This document shows, piece by piece, positions 1 through 13,900 of a stretch of DNA of 64,000 nucleotides; position 1 is the first letter of the stretch; each line of letters begins with the position of its first letter. The stretch is from NCBI GenBank assembly GCA_964016885.1, contig OZ024740.1, positions 334,738,001 to 334,802,000 on the forward strand. Reading direction: 5' to 3'. The translations under genes and the position numbers were made by a program. Under the pieces are notes generated by a model. The model did not search any database. It was not told the DNA's origin and was given only the letters and a program-made list of their open reading frames with translations. This DNA comes from Eledone cirrhosa. Taxonomy: Eukaryota.

Positions 1-2269
1 AAGAAGCATATTTTTCTGTAGCAATCTGATTCTGTAGCAATCTGATTAACCAACATTTTCTTTAAATGCATAGAAAAGTTTCTTCTACATCTGCAGTTGG
101 GATACCTGTGATCTTCATCTTTATTTCCAGTCAACAATTTCCTGTTCCATGAGCAATTAAGTAATGATAAAACACGCACCTGATTGCAACAACATCGCTT
201 AATACTTTTATCAGAATATATTTCTGACATTTTATATTAACTATATTAACAGCAATTTATACATGTTATATCCTCTCGTATGACACTACATTATTGAGAT
301 AATCTATAACTGAAGTAACGTGATATTGTAGTTTTTCCTTTTACTTATCTAGCTGATACATAACGTAACATCTAATGAAACATTCTGAGAATATCATTTA
401 GGTAGCCCAAACAATTCAGATTAAAAAGCAAGTCATTGCTGAGAGATCAGATACTTTAGTTATTTAATTTTGTTCATACAGTAGTTGAAACCTATTTAAG
501 AAATTTCAATAAAATATTATAAACAATTAATAATAAACGAAGTCTATTTTAAATTAAAATATATGGTCCATATATTATCATAAACGAAAGCATATCGAAT
601 ATGTTTATTTATAATAAACAAACATTCGTTGTATATGATCATGTCTTACCAACCTCAGTAGCCCTGTGATAATACCAAACGCTAGTTTCTTAGAATGTTT
701 ATACATCGTCTCTGATATTTACTCACTCGTTACCAAGACAATAAGCTGATAGCTTATTTATAGTTTTGAAAAAATATATTTATAGAGAAGTTCATTTGTG
801 TATAACGCAGCTTGCCAGTTTTGTATCAATTATTGATAACACTAACATAGCATGATTCGCAATAGATACATATATGAAAATATATATATTTGGCATTCGT
901 TATGATCTGAACCTCGTCAAATATATCTGGTCTCGTGCACTCATGTCAATTTTACTTTTTTCGTAAATTCTTACAGAGAATGGTAGGGTTTTGTCTATTC
1001 ATAGGAACTGTAGAAATATATTCGTAAGTAAATCTTAAAATGAAGTCTAATTCAGAATATACGACATCGAATGAAAAAGAAATAATTGTGTAATTCTTCG
1101 AAAACTTCACACGTAAGGTGTTTTAGAAAGCGAGTGCTATTTCACTTAAACGAAACTGCGTGTAATTTTTAATTTCTTACTCCGTCTTACACAACTGAAG
1201 CTGTGTATGCAAGAGATAATATTTTTATTCTAGTCAGTTTCCATTAACAAAATGTTTTATTCTTTATTCACTTATGGGAAAAATATTATTGAATTATTCA
1301 ACAAAACAAATACCTCAAAACAAGCATTCTGTACTTCAACACAATGCTGTTATGTGAGAGGAATGAATATTTCTTAACTCAAATACATTAGCTGAGTTGG
1401 TTTCAAGTGGAATTTAAATTGGTTTCGACAATTCTGCTCACTAGAAGCTTCACACGACGTATGTGACGCTAGGCTAGTTATTTGACATAATATAAAATAT
1501 TAATCACCGAAACCTGAAGCAGTTTAATTATTTCCACAATTTATTACAGTTGTCAGGCATTTCTTCATAAGATATTCATGTTAAAATTTCATCTCAGATT
1601 ATAAGATATTTTTCTTATAATATCCTTTAAAAACCAAGTCTTCTTTCTTTTGTATATGAGACAATTGAATTCGTTTACTTATGGCATCATTCCTCTGGAT
1701 ATATAGGTGCAATTATATAAAACCCATTTTATTGAGAATCCTATGCTAATATGGAATTGTATTGAATAGGCTTCTCTAATTATATATGTGTGACGAAATA
1801 CGATTTGCTTTTATACGCACACACACTCATATACATGTACGCCCCCCCCCATATATATATATATACATGTGTGTGTGTGTGCGTGTGTGTACCGAGAGAG
1901 TTGATACATAGATAGAATCATAGATAGATAGTTAGAGAGAGGGGGAGAGAATGAGCGATGGATATAAAGCATTCGCCAAGTTGGTTTGCTACGCACACAT
2001 CTTGTAATTGAGTGTAGCCTATATATTCGGTCATCTATTAGAAATCCTTGGGGAGCGACCTAAAAAGTACGGAGCATTGCGATTCGAAGAGGTAAGAATG
2101 GACCAAACTGCGTCATTTTAAGACGGTTTGTAGGTATCTCTGGATGCGTGTATGAAGACTCTGCTTCCAGAATCTCTGAGGAATAAGTGGGCGGCAAAGA
2201 AGAAGAAGAAGAAGAAGAAGAAGAAGAAGATTAAGTTTATCTTAACTAACCTCATCAACATTAAATCCT

Positions 2270-5200
2270 GTAATTTCCTACATTCTTATTTGACCGCCTC
2301 AACTATATAATTATGTCCGCACAAACACTATTGCGAGAAATTTCAATTCAGCACCCCATTTATTGTATCTAGTCTCTGTATGAACTCCCCACATACATCA
2401 TGTTTCGTCCATCGCCAATTAAAACGGATAAAGTAACGTCATCGTTTCTCTATGTTATTTCACCGCCAAGCGTCACACACAAACCTACTACATCTAAAAT
2501 CTTTCTGCTTGATATATTAGTGCGAAGTATTACAAATTTCACCTCCGACCATGAATGTTATTGTTTATCTTTTGCTCATGTTGATCATCATCAGATACTT
2601 TGACTTCATTATCGAGAGTCTCCATGTACGCATGTTCCCTTATTTATGTCTACTGAAAGTACATTAAATGCGAAGAATAAACTTTTGCAACTGTGTAACT
2701 CCCACTTTACATTTTTTGTATATTAAATTTGTTTCTTCTCATTTCAAATCTTATTATTATTTTGGCCTTCTCAGTGCATTGGGCGCTTCTAACTCAATAA
2801 CACCTACATTCATGTATGCTCCTGCCAATTACACGATTCCACCTTCAAACACTTTTCCCCATCTTCCATATGTTTGTTCGGATTTCGTATATCTTTCCTT
2901 TTCTCTCCCTCTCTAGATCTCTCCCTCATTTCATCTCTACACCTGTCACATAAAATTGTTGAAGCATCCTACTCTTCTTGTACCTCTGAAAACAGGAAAT
3001 CAAGCAACAATGAACTAATTTTTTAGAGATTATATTTAACAACACCAGTGAAGGTATCCGGCCTAGAAGGTATAGTCTGTTTGTATTACAACGTATCAGA
3101 TTCTTAGATAATAGAAATCCAGTTACGAAGGCAAACTATCTTGTGTTAGTTCTACAAAATATGCTTTCTTATCTTCAAGCTCTTGGGAATATTTAGCGGA
3201 ATTGATTATGTTGTAAATATTCCATTTGATTTTGGAAACCGAAAAAAGTGATTAGTTGTAATTCTTGCGATTTTGCTTTTTTTTTTTTTATACATTGTTA
3301 ATTGTTGTCAAGTATAATAAATTAGCTAAAATTCCTAGCGGAGTGCCCTGAAGAAAGTGTTGATCTTTTAAATTTGAAAGCTGCTTATTGACTTGTGAAG
3401 AATATATAAACCATATATTATTGTAACCTAGATTACAAGACTTATAGAAATTTGAGATGCCTATCCACGAATATTCACCGGAATCAATGCCTCTAGCTTT
3501 TATCTCCAGCTATCAACAAATCCGAAACAAAAGTGATATTTGTATAAGAGAAAACATTTCCATCCTTTCAACAATTGATATGCTTTGCGAAATCATCAAT
3601 GGATTAGTTCAAAATGTAATTCCATTTGTCACCTTTTCTTCACAAGAACCTAAAATATCTCCTTCTCTGATATACCAATATAGCATCCGCCAAATCTAAG
3701 GCATCAGTGTCATCCGAATTTACATTTTATAATATATCTTATTTCTTAAATGTGTTTTCTGTATCTATGCAGTATTTTTTCAATTTGAAACAATCATCAG
3801 GAAGTTGAACTTACAAAACTCCCCACATAAATTCCTCATTTACACCATCTTCCTGAACACATACATAAATTTCATACCCAAACCATTACAATATATGTAC
3901 TTATTCAATCGTTAACCGATAATTTATTAATGGGTACATGCACATCACGTCTTCATACTTCCAAACCAAATCCTACTTTTTAAAACATTTCAATTTAATT
4001 TGTTAATTTTTTCTGCGACCGCCACCATTTTGATTTCTTTTTCGATCAGCATCAAAGACCAATCACTCTTGCTCTAGCACAAACGTTATCAACCCGTAAA
4101 CTCCGTAGTACTCCTGTGTGTTCGTTCCTTTGGTTCTGTATAGTAAAGGGAACTCACTATGTGAAGAATGTCAACCATCATCATCATAAGTGACAATCGT
4201 ACACCCAATAAATTTAAATGGGTACAATCAGACATTCAACAATTGATGTAACTGTCATGTATCCTATAGCGTGCCAGATTCTGCACATCTTTGACTCCTT
4301 GCTAAGATATCCACTATCAAATATTAAGATAGAGCTGCCTATAGTGATCCGCTTCCATGATTAAATTTCATCACTTTTGATAGCATTTCATGATTACTTG
4401 ACCTGTGAAATATCATGAAATGAACTTCACAAAGGCTACGAATACCATTTCTTTTGTGCGTAATGATATTTCAATAATATGCATTTGGTTACCCTCAAAG
4501 AACTGAAGGGAAAGGCTATTAATATCTGTTATGTTGCTACAAACCGTACTAATCCGCATCAAAACTGTTGGCAATATATTGAATGTAACATATCTAAGAT
4601 ACATCAGACTATAACCACTGTCTTGTTTACTCTCAGTATCATGGATACAATGGTTTCGACCTTTCTTAAATAACTGAGCATGTTCCACACCACAGTTAAA
4701 CTGACACACAGAGCGCTTCTCCTGTTGCTGGACCTCACATAAAATATATATCGCCCTTCATTCTGACGTAATCAATGGAGGAAGGCCAACATCGTTTCCA
4801 AAACCTCTATGGCTTGTGGGATGAATTCATCCTAAGACCGGAAGTATGTCTAGGGTTCTTGAAAGATATTGGACACCAGTAAATATGTATCTGTTAAAGC
4901 CTCCAATGTATCTTCTCATCTTCCCAAAGTAGAATTACAAGAAAAAAAAACGTTTCAATTAAATTAACTATGTTTTGCTTTCAATTCCACATTGAGTACA
5001 CTTAAGAAAACGTCTCCGATATTTACTGTCAAATTCCAAATATATAACGCATACCATCATATGTTAGATTCTCTTTGCACCCATATTTTAGATATCTATC
5101 AATATATAAAAAATCCCCAAATATCGAAACATGCTTCTGATTGTTAAAATATACTGGTCTAATATCATTTCAATTGTAGTGTAGCTAGTCTCAATGAATA

Positions 5201-5700
5201 CATCCTTGATCATCTTCGATATATGTATCTTTCCCTGTCTATTTCTATCTCCATTTCATTTTTTAGCGCATCATTTTGGAAACTGGTACTGATTCGTACA
5301 TCCATTGTTTCCTTGTATAATTCACTAATGATCATTCACTCATTTGTCATAACAAGAAATATATTACGCTTTATCTTCTAAAATCTTTCCACTATGTCTG
5401 ATGTAAAAACCTCTAAATAGATTGTATGTACGGCATACACCATTCATTCCCTCTATCTTAAATTACCAGCCATGATAACTGCAATTTATTACACAAAGTT
5501 TGTCCGGGTTTGAGTGTAGGGAAATTTCATATTCGTTCGGCTTTTCCACACTCTTTTATCTCTATATTACGCATTTGATTATTTTGGCTGCTAACACAAA
5601 CTGATAAGGATCAATTTTAACTTTATAAGATTCTTACAAGGGATGCAGACAAACTAAACTCATCAGGTCTTGACGCTGATATTCAGCAATCTTATTGCAG
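2270..5700 (-). mobile_element. Highly decayed LINE (RT-bearing, RTE/L2-like) remnant
   Basis: ORF 4413..4709(-) reads like a degenerate RT N-terminal region (..LFKKG.., ..FNILPTVLMRIS.., ..HIIEISLRTKEMVFVAFVKF, compare QIIEKS..FMAFIDF). The flanks have similar composition with many stops. Boundaries are approximate. Confidence 0.5.
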
Positions 5701-6718
5701 ACGTAACACATGCTGAGATAGAACGTTTGCTATAATACTATTTCTATGTCTAAGAATGGAATTACAATTGACTTATCACTGAAAATACTATGCTTTTAAA
5801 TGCAAAGAATACGATCCGTCGCTAGCTGCTGAACCACTTTTTACTGTGAAATGACATGGATTGCTACTAGTTAAACATATGTTGCAGAAAACAACTTTTG
5901 CTGTACAGCTTTAGTATGATTAAACAAGAATGCAATGTGTTACATCAAAATTATTACTCGTTAACAATCCATTTTATAACCTTTCAGTATTCAATTTGGC
6001 ATATTTCATGATTAAATGCATTCATGTAATAAAAATGACGAAATCAAAAACAAATGTTTTGTTAAGAATCCATAATACTTTAATGAACATTTAGTTGAAA
6101 GATTTAATTGTATATAGAAAAAATAAACGGAACTAAGAGGAGAAAGTGCCTGTCATTGCTCAGCTGAGTATTGGATGAAAACATGGCATCAACTCAAATA
6201 TAATTCCAAACTATTTATAGACCATAAATCAAAAGACTTCCATTTTATACAAGAAGGAATTATTTTCACCGTACATAACCAGGCTCTCACACTTAAGATG
6301 ATACTGACAACTACACAGACTTATGTATGTAAATATAATGCATATTTGGTAAGATTTTGATTGCATCAGACATAAAAAACGAGTCGAAAAGCAGCTTACA
6401 TTGGGATATTTTTCGTTAAGTGATCGGCATTTTTTTTATTTGAAAATAAAATATCAACATTTTTCAAATTGTAAACTGTGATTGATGAATTGCTTCAAAC
6501 ATAAAAATCGACTTGTACAGACGAGTCTTGTGCTAAATCAGTTAGAAGCGTATAACCAAGGTGCAGAATCAGATGTGTCACCAAGAAGGTTAATCGATAT
6601 AAGAGCCAGGGATGAGTTATCAACTATATTATATAATCGGACGGACGTGCCCAAATTTACTTTCTGAGCCCGGTGGGTGAAAACGAAAGTACACATCCGG
6701 ATCAGTCAGTCTTATAAA

Positions 6719-6899
6719 TAATTGTTTCTACTTTTGGCACAAGGCCAGCAATTATCCAGTGCATTACTGGTACTTTATTTTATCGACTCCGTAAGGATGA
6801 AAGGCAAAGTTAACCACGGCGGGATTTGAAGTCAGAATGGCAAGGGCCGTAACTCTATTCGTCAAAGCATGGCGTCCGACCCTCTACCGAACTGCCAAT
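6719..6899 (-). mobile_element. tRNA-derived SINE (window family A)
   Basis: On the minus strand: A-box-like TTGGCAGTTCGGTAGA, B-box-like CTTCAAATCC, central GCCTTTCATCCTTACGGAGTCGATAAAATAAAGTACCAG and tail GGCCTTGTGCCAAAAGTAGAAACAATT. More than 10 related copies occur in the window. Confidence 0.9.
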
Positions 6900-7088
6900 G
6901 TCTGAAATTAATGAGTCACTGGATGACAAGAGATTTGATATACTCGAAATTGTAACGGAATTGAATGAGTTTTATAGGCATATGTCATATTCATTATATA
7001 TCACACCTATATTATGAAATAATATATGATTTTTCTCAAGTTAAATCCTGCCAGAGGAAAGCATGGTCAATATTTCTCTTTCCCTCTC

Positions 7089-7240
<152 letters not shown>

Positions 7241-7591
7241 ATGTGAGTCAGTGAATTACTCGCGGTGGAACCATTGTGAGCACTTTATTTTTTGTTGATT
7301 CAACAGTTTGATGAGAAGATCGTTTCTGGACTTGGGTCCTAAGCTTCCATAAGTGAACCTGAACCAATCATAACCATGTAAATGAAATGTCATCAGGTTT
7401 ATTTATATATATGCGTGTGCTGGCCAGTCGCTAAGGTGAATAACTCGTGTGGCCGAACGGATATTTACATCTCCTGTGGATTTCATGTGAATAGAACACG
7501 TTGGCAGATATACAAAAGCCATATGTCTTCGAAATACGTATAATAAAATAAACAGGGATAGACTAATGGGACCGGCTTATTGTTTATTATC

Positions 7592-7661
<70 letters not shown>

Positions 7662-7662
<1 letters not shown>

Positions 7663-7846
7663 GTTATTCCGGGTTGAATCGGAGGTAACCACAGTAGGTA
7701 AGGTACTCAATACATAGCAGAGTATAACAGTTTTAATATAGATGAGATTCTACATGACTAGAACTGTTTCATTCATTAGAAATCATCAGGTGATGATTTC
7801 TAATGAATGAAACAGTTCTAGTCCTGTAGAATCTCATCTATATTAA

Positions 7847-7850
<4 letters not shown>
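7662..7850 (-). mobile_element. TA-flanked fold-back element with partial hammerhead motif (pLTR-like)
   Basis: 60-bp arms at 7729-7788 and 7791-7850 with one mismatch. The minus strand reads CTGATGA-tttc-taat-gaat-GAAAC-agttcta-GTC. (TA)n lies on both sides. A sibling copy is at 43728-43894. Confidence 0.8.
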
Positions 7851-7888
<38 letters not shown>

Positions 7889-7945
7889 CGTTAATTTTTA
7901 CATATTGATGCATATATATAAATATATATATAAATATATATATAA

Positions 7946-8002
<57 letters not shown>

Positions 8003-8003
<1 letters not shown>

Positions 8004-9880
8004 CGGAGGAAATGTGGTAAGGAACCAGGTGGACCATAACGCACCAAAGTATTCAATACTTAGGGTAGTAGAGTGGGTAATAGGAACGAGTAGGACCCCG
8101 ACGCCTGAGCTCAAGCCTTTTCGACGGCTAATTCTGGACTAAATGAACATTTTTATCCTGGTATTTGAATAGCTGTGCTTCTCAAGGGCTAATTCCATAT
8201 ATGGTCAAAGTGATTGTCACAAGGATTGGTCAAAAGTTTGTTGTTGAGACATAATAATTCTATGATGGCAATTTGTGGAGGGAAGGGGTGGCTAAACCTG
8301 CCAGTAGGAGAAAGAGGGAGAGAAGGTGGAGGAGACCCAGTCATGCGTTGATAGTGCCAACTACAGCTGGGCATGAGGTCAAAGAAGATACCAGGGAGGG
8401 GGAGGGGGAGGAAGTCGAAACAATAAGTAGAACAATAAGGGGTAAATATATAGAAAAATACTGAGAGTGTTAAAAAGCAATTAAATATAAAAATAAACAA
8501 TTTCTGGTTACTACGACCTAAGTCTCTCACTGGTACTGCTAGGCTAAAAAAATATACTAGGTGGGACGGAATTATAATGAGACCCTTTTAAGAGGTATAA
8601 GTAATAAACCGAGTATATCTTACGGTGACGGGTCAACAAATGGGGGGCCAAAATACTAAAGAAACTACCACGAAATAATAAATAAAGGTTTCTACCCCAG
8701 GCACAAGGTCAGCAACCACCCAGTGCAAAAAAGTAAACTAAAACGAAATAATAATTCAGAGTCCCGAAAAAGAATACTAATACTATCTCTAAGGGTGCCG
8801 CCACGATACAAAAGTTCTAGTGCAAGCTACATTAAAGCTCGTACGAAGTAAATGTAAAAATTGTTACGGAAGATTAATTCAGAATCCCCCCCCCCCCCCC
8901 CCCCACCCCCCCAAAAAAAGTAAATACTGATAAACGAGAAATTAAAGCAAAGATACCACTAAGAAATATAGAAAGCACGGAAAAGGGGCAGCGGTCGGAT
9001 AAGAGGGCAAGTATCCGGGGTCTAACACATCTGCTATAAAAACATCTGCTATAAAAAGCGGAGTCGGCCAAATCTATCATAGAATAGGGGAAGATGGGTG
9101 GGGGTGCTGAGGCTACAAAGGACCGAGAGGCTGCCTCGGGTGGGTGAGAAAAAGACGACGACAAAGAAGGAGAACTGGGGTGGAAGGACTAGGGAGGGAT
9201 GGGGCGAAGAAGGAAACATAGAAGAAGCGATAAAAAGATATAAAAGAAGATCTTACGTCTACCTTAGCAAGCAGGGGTTACCCATTAAAAAATCGGCAAG
9301 TGGGGTGTTATAGCCCTAGTCTACCCCCCCCACCCCTGGGTCATTATGGGGTTTGAGGGCGAGGTAAGTCCTACGCAATCTGTGTTTACATGCAGTAACC
9401 AGTTCATCTTTCTTGTTTAGGAGTTGGTCCGTCGAAAACAGCATTTGTAAAGTTTCCTCCGAGCATAAATTGCACGGACGGCGTCCTCCCGTGTAAGAGT
9501 TGGCTCTGGACAGTAATCTCCAAGTGAGATCATAGGTAATATTGTTTCGACTTCGTCCCCCTCCCCCGCCCTAGTATCTTCTTTGACCTCATGCCCAGCT
9601 GTAGTCGGCAATATCAACGCATGAATGGGTCTCCTCCACCCCCTCTCCCTCTTTCTCCTACTGGCAGGTTTAGCTACCCCTTCCCTCCACAAATTGCCAT
9701 CATAGAATTATTATGTCTCAACTACAAACTTTTGACCAATCCTTGTGACAATCACTTTGACCATATATGGAATTACCCCTTGAGAAACTCGGCTATTCAA
9801 ATACCAGGATAAAAATGTTCATTTAGTCCAGAATTAGCCGTCGAAACGGCTTGAGCTCAGGCGTCGGGGTCCTACTCGTT

Positions 9881-9885
<5 letters not shown>
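8003..9885. mobile_element. TA-flanked element with ~345-bp inverted arms (Penelope pLTR-like)
   Basis: 8080-8425 is the reverse complement of 9540-9885. The terminal ~95 nt (..ACTCTACTACCCTAAGTATTGA..GCGTTATGGTCCA..CCACA) recur at 51744-51957 and about 59205-59297. Confidence 0.8.
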
Positions 9886-9948
<63 letters not shown>

Positions 9949-11321
9949 TATATATATATTTATATATATGCATCAATATGTAAAAATTAACGTTCATATG
10001 AGTCTACGAACTTATAAGTGCATTAATATTTTCAAGAAAAATGGAGACGCTAACCTAGAATTTTTGCCGTTGAGAAACTTTGTCAGACGGCTTCAATGTA
10101 CTGGGTATATCAATGAGCCTTTCTTAATGTGCAAGTATAAATAGCGCCATGGAATGGGCTATTAGATGGAGTAGAATATAAAATAATTAATTCATAATTT
10201 GAGATGTATATTATTCTTAACTGGAGCTACACTGTCTAAGATGCTTTCACCCCACTCAGTCACACTGTGTTTGATTAAGAACAAATTATTCTTCGCAATT
10301 AATTTATCATATCCGGCGAATTTATAAATATATAACACTTCAATTATAAGATAGGCTCAAGAATATACCCGATACGTGCAACTACTGAAATCATAGTCTG
10401 ATGAAGTCAACAATGTCAAAATTGTCAACATTTTCCCGTCAAATTATTTCATATATACCGGGTTAAAATTAGAAGTTGATTTTCGTGATATAAATATACG
10501 CGAAACACACATTAACATAATTAAAAATAGATACACACGCGCAAACATGGGCGTATCTTTATGCACGCGTACATCTGTGCGTGTCAGTGTATATATATTC
10601 TGATGTTTTCATTTGTTTCCACAATTATAGGCATGACAGTGTAAATAGATGAATTAAATAGTATATATATCATCAGAAATTATCAGAAACTAAATTACAA
10701 ACGTTCGTCATATTGTAGACTTTCGCTGTACGATATATTCCTGTCCTTTGTAAATATACCAAGATACCATACTTTATTTCTCAGTTTACCTAAATTCGAG
10801 CGAAATATATATAAAGAAATACAGGAAAATATATGTCCAATAACATCATAACCATTTCACATGTGTCATTCTTAAGAGTTCTTGTGCTTAAAATATATAG
10901 ATTTTTATCATATCAAAAACAATCTGAAAAATGTACAATCAACTTCAAATAAATCTAGAAAGGACGCTGGAGGACTTGCAACAGAAGCATTTTTACTTGC
11001 ATTTGCACATCTAGTAACAAAATTTCAGATAACACGACAACAATTTTGCGAAATGAATTGATGTATCAGAATTTTTCAAAATCTAAATACATTTTCCTAT
11101 TGCTACTTTCAAAACAAATATGTACAAATTTTAATTGTAATAATAATGAATAATGGTATTAATAAGATGAATTACTTGTTAATACTTTATAATATTGATA
11201 ATAATTTCAAAAATATTATATTCCTTATTGATACTAATAATTATATTTTGTAGAGTTCTAATAATTTGCCATAGCAAGTGGAAAATATTAGACCCAATAA
11301 ATAAATAAATAAATAAATATA

Positions 11322-12915
11322 AAATTGTTTCTACTTTGGGCACAAGGTCAGCAATTATCACAGGGTATTACAGGTACTTTATTTTAGCGACCCCATAAGG
11401 ATAAAAGGCAAAGTTAACATCCGCAGGATTTGAACTCAGATCATAAAGGGCCGTAATTCTTTGCTGCAAAGCATGGCGTCCGACTCTCTACCGATACTGC
11501 CGATCCACCGCCGTAAATAAATAAATAATTGTTTCTACTTTTGGCACAACGCCAGCAATCACCCAGTACATTACTGGTACTTTATTTTATCGACCTCCGT
11601 AAGGGTGAAAGGCAAAGTTGACCTCGTAAATAAATAAATAATTGTTTCTACATTTGGCACTAGGCCAGCAAATACCCAGTAGATTACTGGTACTTTATTT
11701 TATCGACCCCGTAAGGATGAAAGGCAAAGTGAACCTCGGCGGGATTTGAACTCAGATCGTAAAGAGACGTAACTATGCTGGAAAGCATGGCATCCGACTG
11801 TCTACCTATACTGCCAATCCACCGAATGTTTCTACTTTAGACACAAGGTCAGAAATTTCAAGGGGAGGGAGAAGTCGAAATTGATCGCAGTGCGTGACTG
11901 GTACTTTATTCTATCGACTCCGTAAGGATGAAATGAAAAACTATCCTCGGCGGGATTTGAACTCAGAGCTAAAGGGCCATAACTTTATTGTGTAATGTAT
12001 AGTGTTTGACGCTCTTTCGATACTGCTAATCCACCGCTTTATAATGATATTTTTTTCTAACATTGGCACAATGCTATTAAATGTTTTGGGAAAATATAAT
12101 TATTATGCCAAACCCAGTACTTGACAAGTACTTTATTTTGTCGACCCTAAAATGCTGAAATGCAAATTCGAACCCACTGCGTTTCTAACTCAGGAATGTG
12201 GAAGCGGGAACTATTGACACACGATACACTAACGATTCTGCCAATCTAGTAAGGATGATTTCTAACATAGGCATAATTTCAGAGAATTAAGGGGACGGAC
12301 ACAATGAATTATATCAGCTACATTTGATAACTTGTTCTTTCTTCGGTCACCGCCCTGAAGTATGAACATTCAAATATGAATTCTTTAGGATTTGAACTCA
12401 AACAATTACTATTTGCCAAAACATTTCATAAATAATTTTATCTCATTCTCTAACATTTCTGGGAATCCAATAGCAAAAATTACAACAATAACAATAATGG
12501 TTACTGATTTACGCAGAAGATCAACGATTTTAGAGGGAGGGGGAGTCGATTAAACCGACACCAGTATATTACTAGTGTTTTGCTTTATCGATCCCGTAAG
12601 GATGAAAGGGAAAGTTAATCTCGACTGGATTTGAAATCAGGACATAAAGAGCCGTAACTCCATGCTAAAAAGCATGTTGTTTGATCTTCTACCGATACTG
12701 TTCATTCACCTCACTTGATTTCTTATTTAGGCAGAAGGCAAGAATTTTGTGGGAGGGGAAAGTCGAGTCAATCGAACCAGTCTTTTACTGGTACTTGACT
12801 TTACGATCTCGTAATTATTAAAGGCAACGCTAACACAAGCGGGATTCGACCTGAGAATGTAAAGGGTCGTAACTCTATGCAGCAACGCATATATCTCAAA
12901 CAAACGGAAGCCACC
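11322..12915 (-). mobile_element. Stack of about 7 head-to-tail family A SINE copies
   Basis: Repeated TTTCTAC..GGCACAAGG..CTGGTACTTTATTTTATCGACCCCGTAAGGATGAAAGGCAAAGT units start near 11322, 11526, 11638, 11826, 12052, 12500 and 12720. The first ones are separated by (TAAA)n. Confidence 0.88.
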
Positions 12916-12989
12916 ATATAACAACAATTAAACTGAACAATCACTTTGAAACAACTAGAGAAAGAATAATACGTGTAATAAAGAAATAT

Positions 12990-13900
12990 GAAAAAATGAA
13001 CGAAATTACATTCTATGTCCTAGGAACCCATATATTACAAAATGCAACGAACGGCGATGAAAAATAAATTCGGATGTCAACTCAAGAAAAATGACGAATT
13101 AGATATTTAACATAGAAGCAGAATATCAAATATACTAAAGAAGAAATGAAGAGAAAATTCCATTGCCAAATTCCTACAAATATTAAGAGTGAAAAGTAGG
13201 AATGTTTCCTGCTACACAAGATTGTGTCCAGAAACAAATATAATAAGAAAATGTGTAAGACTTATATTAATATTAAATGCTGGATGTGTAACAAATTCTT
13301 TGAGGCTATACAACACATTATGTCCGATTGAGCAGTCATCCCGACGTTGGAGAATATACAATGATATGGCCTCGTTGGTAGATATATTCACTGGGCTATA
13401 TGACAACAATTAGGTGAAAAGATGGACAATAATTAGTCAGTCTATACACTAAATAACTTGACTAACAAGCATATGGAAAATGCGCTCCTAAATTGGCAAA
13501 GTCCAGATTTCATAGACAAGGAAAGATCGCATGCATACTGACAGATATTGCAATGAATTTTGACCGAAATATTGCCCGAATTAAACAACTGTGAAAATAA
13601 AATGATTTCAAAATTAAAATATACAAAATGTGAGAAATGAGGGGCAAGATAATTGACAATAATATTTGTAGTATTAGGTATAATAACAAAAGAAATTGAA
13701 CCAAAATTTAGAAACCATATACTGATCATGATATTATCGTTAACATAGCACAACGCATATAGAACTATACCGGACACAACACACAGCATCTACACGAAGC
13801 TAAAATACATATCAAAACAATACTATTGCAGTGGATTCATAAGTGGAATCTATAGTTTCCTCATATCCCAACATAAATAAGAAAATACAATGCTGCACAC
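12990..13900 (+). mobile_element. Decayed R4/Dong-like LINE 3' fragment
   Basis: A-rich degenerate coding-like DNA with remnants that resemble the RLE C-terminus of the 54-57 kb element (e.g. ..ATAATATTTGTAGTATTAGGT.. ~ IVIGALG). No intact ORF. Confidence 0.35.

Noticed and set aside
3340-3395. CTGAAGA..GAAAG-ctg-CTT hammerhead-like spacing
   Set aside because: No stem I pairing, stem II is weak, and it is not in a TA-flanked island. It could be chance.
11322-12915. CRISPR-like repeat-spacer array
   Set aside because: The units are 100-200 bp SINE copies with Pol III boxes in eukaryotic DNA, with no short constant repeats separated by unique spacers.
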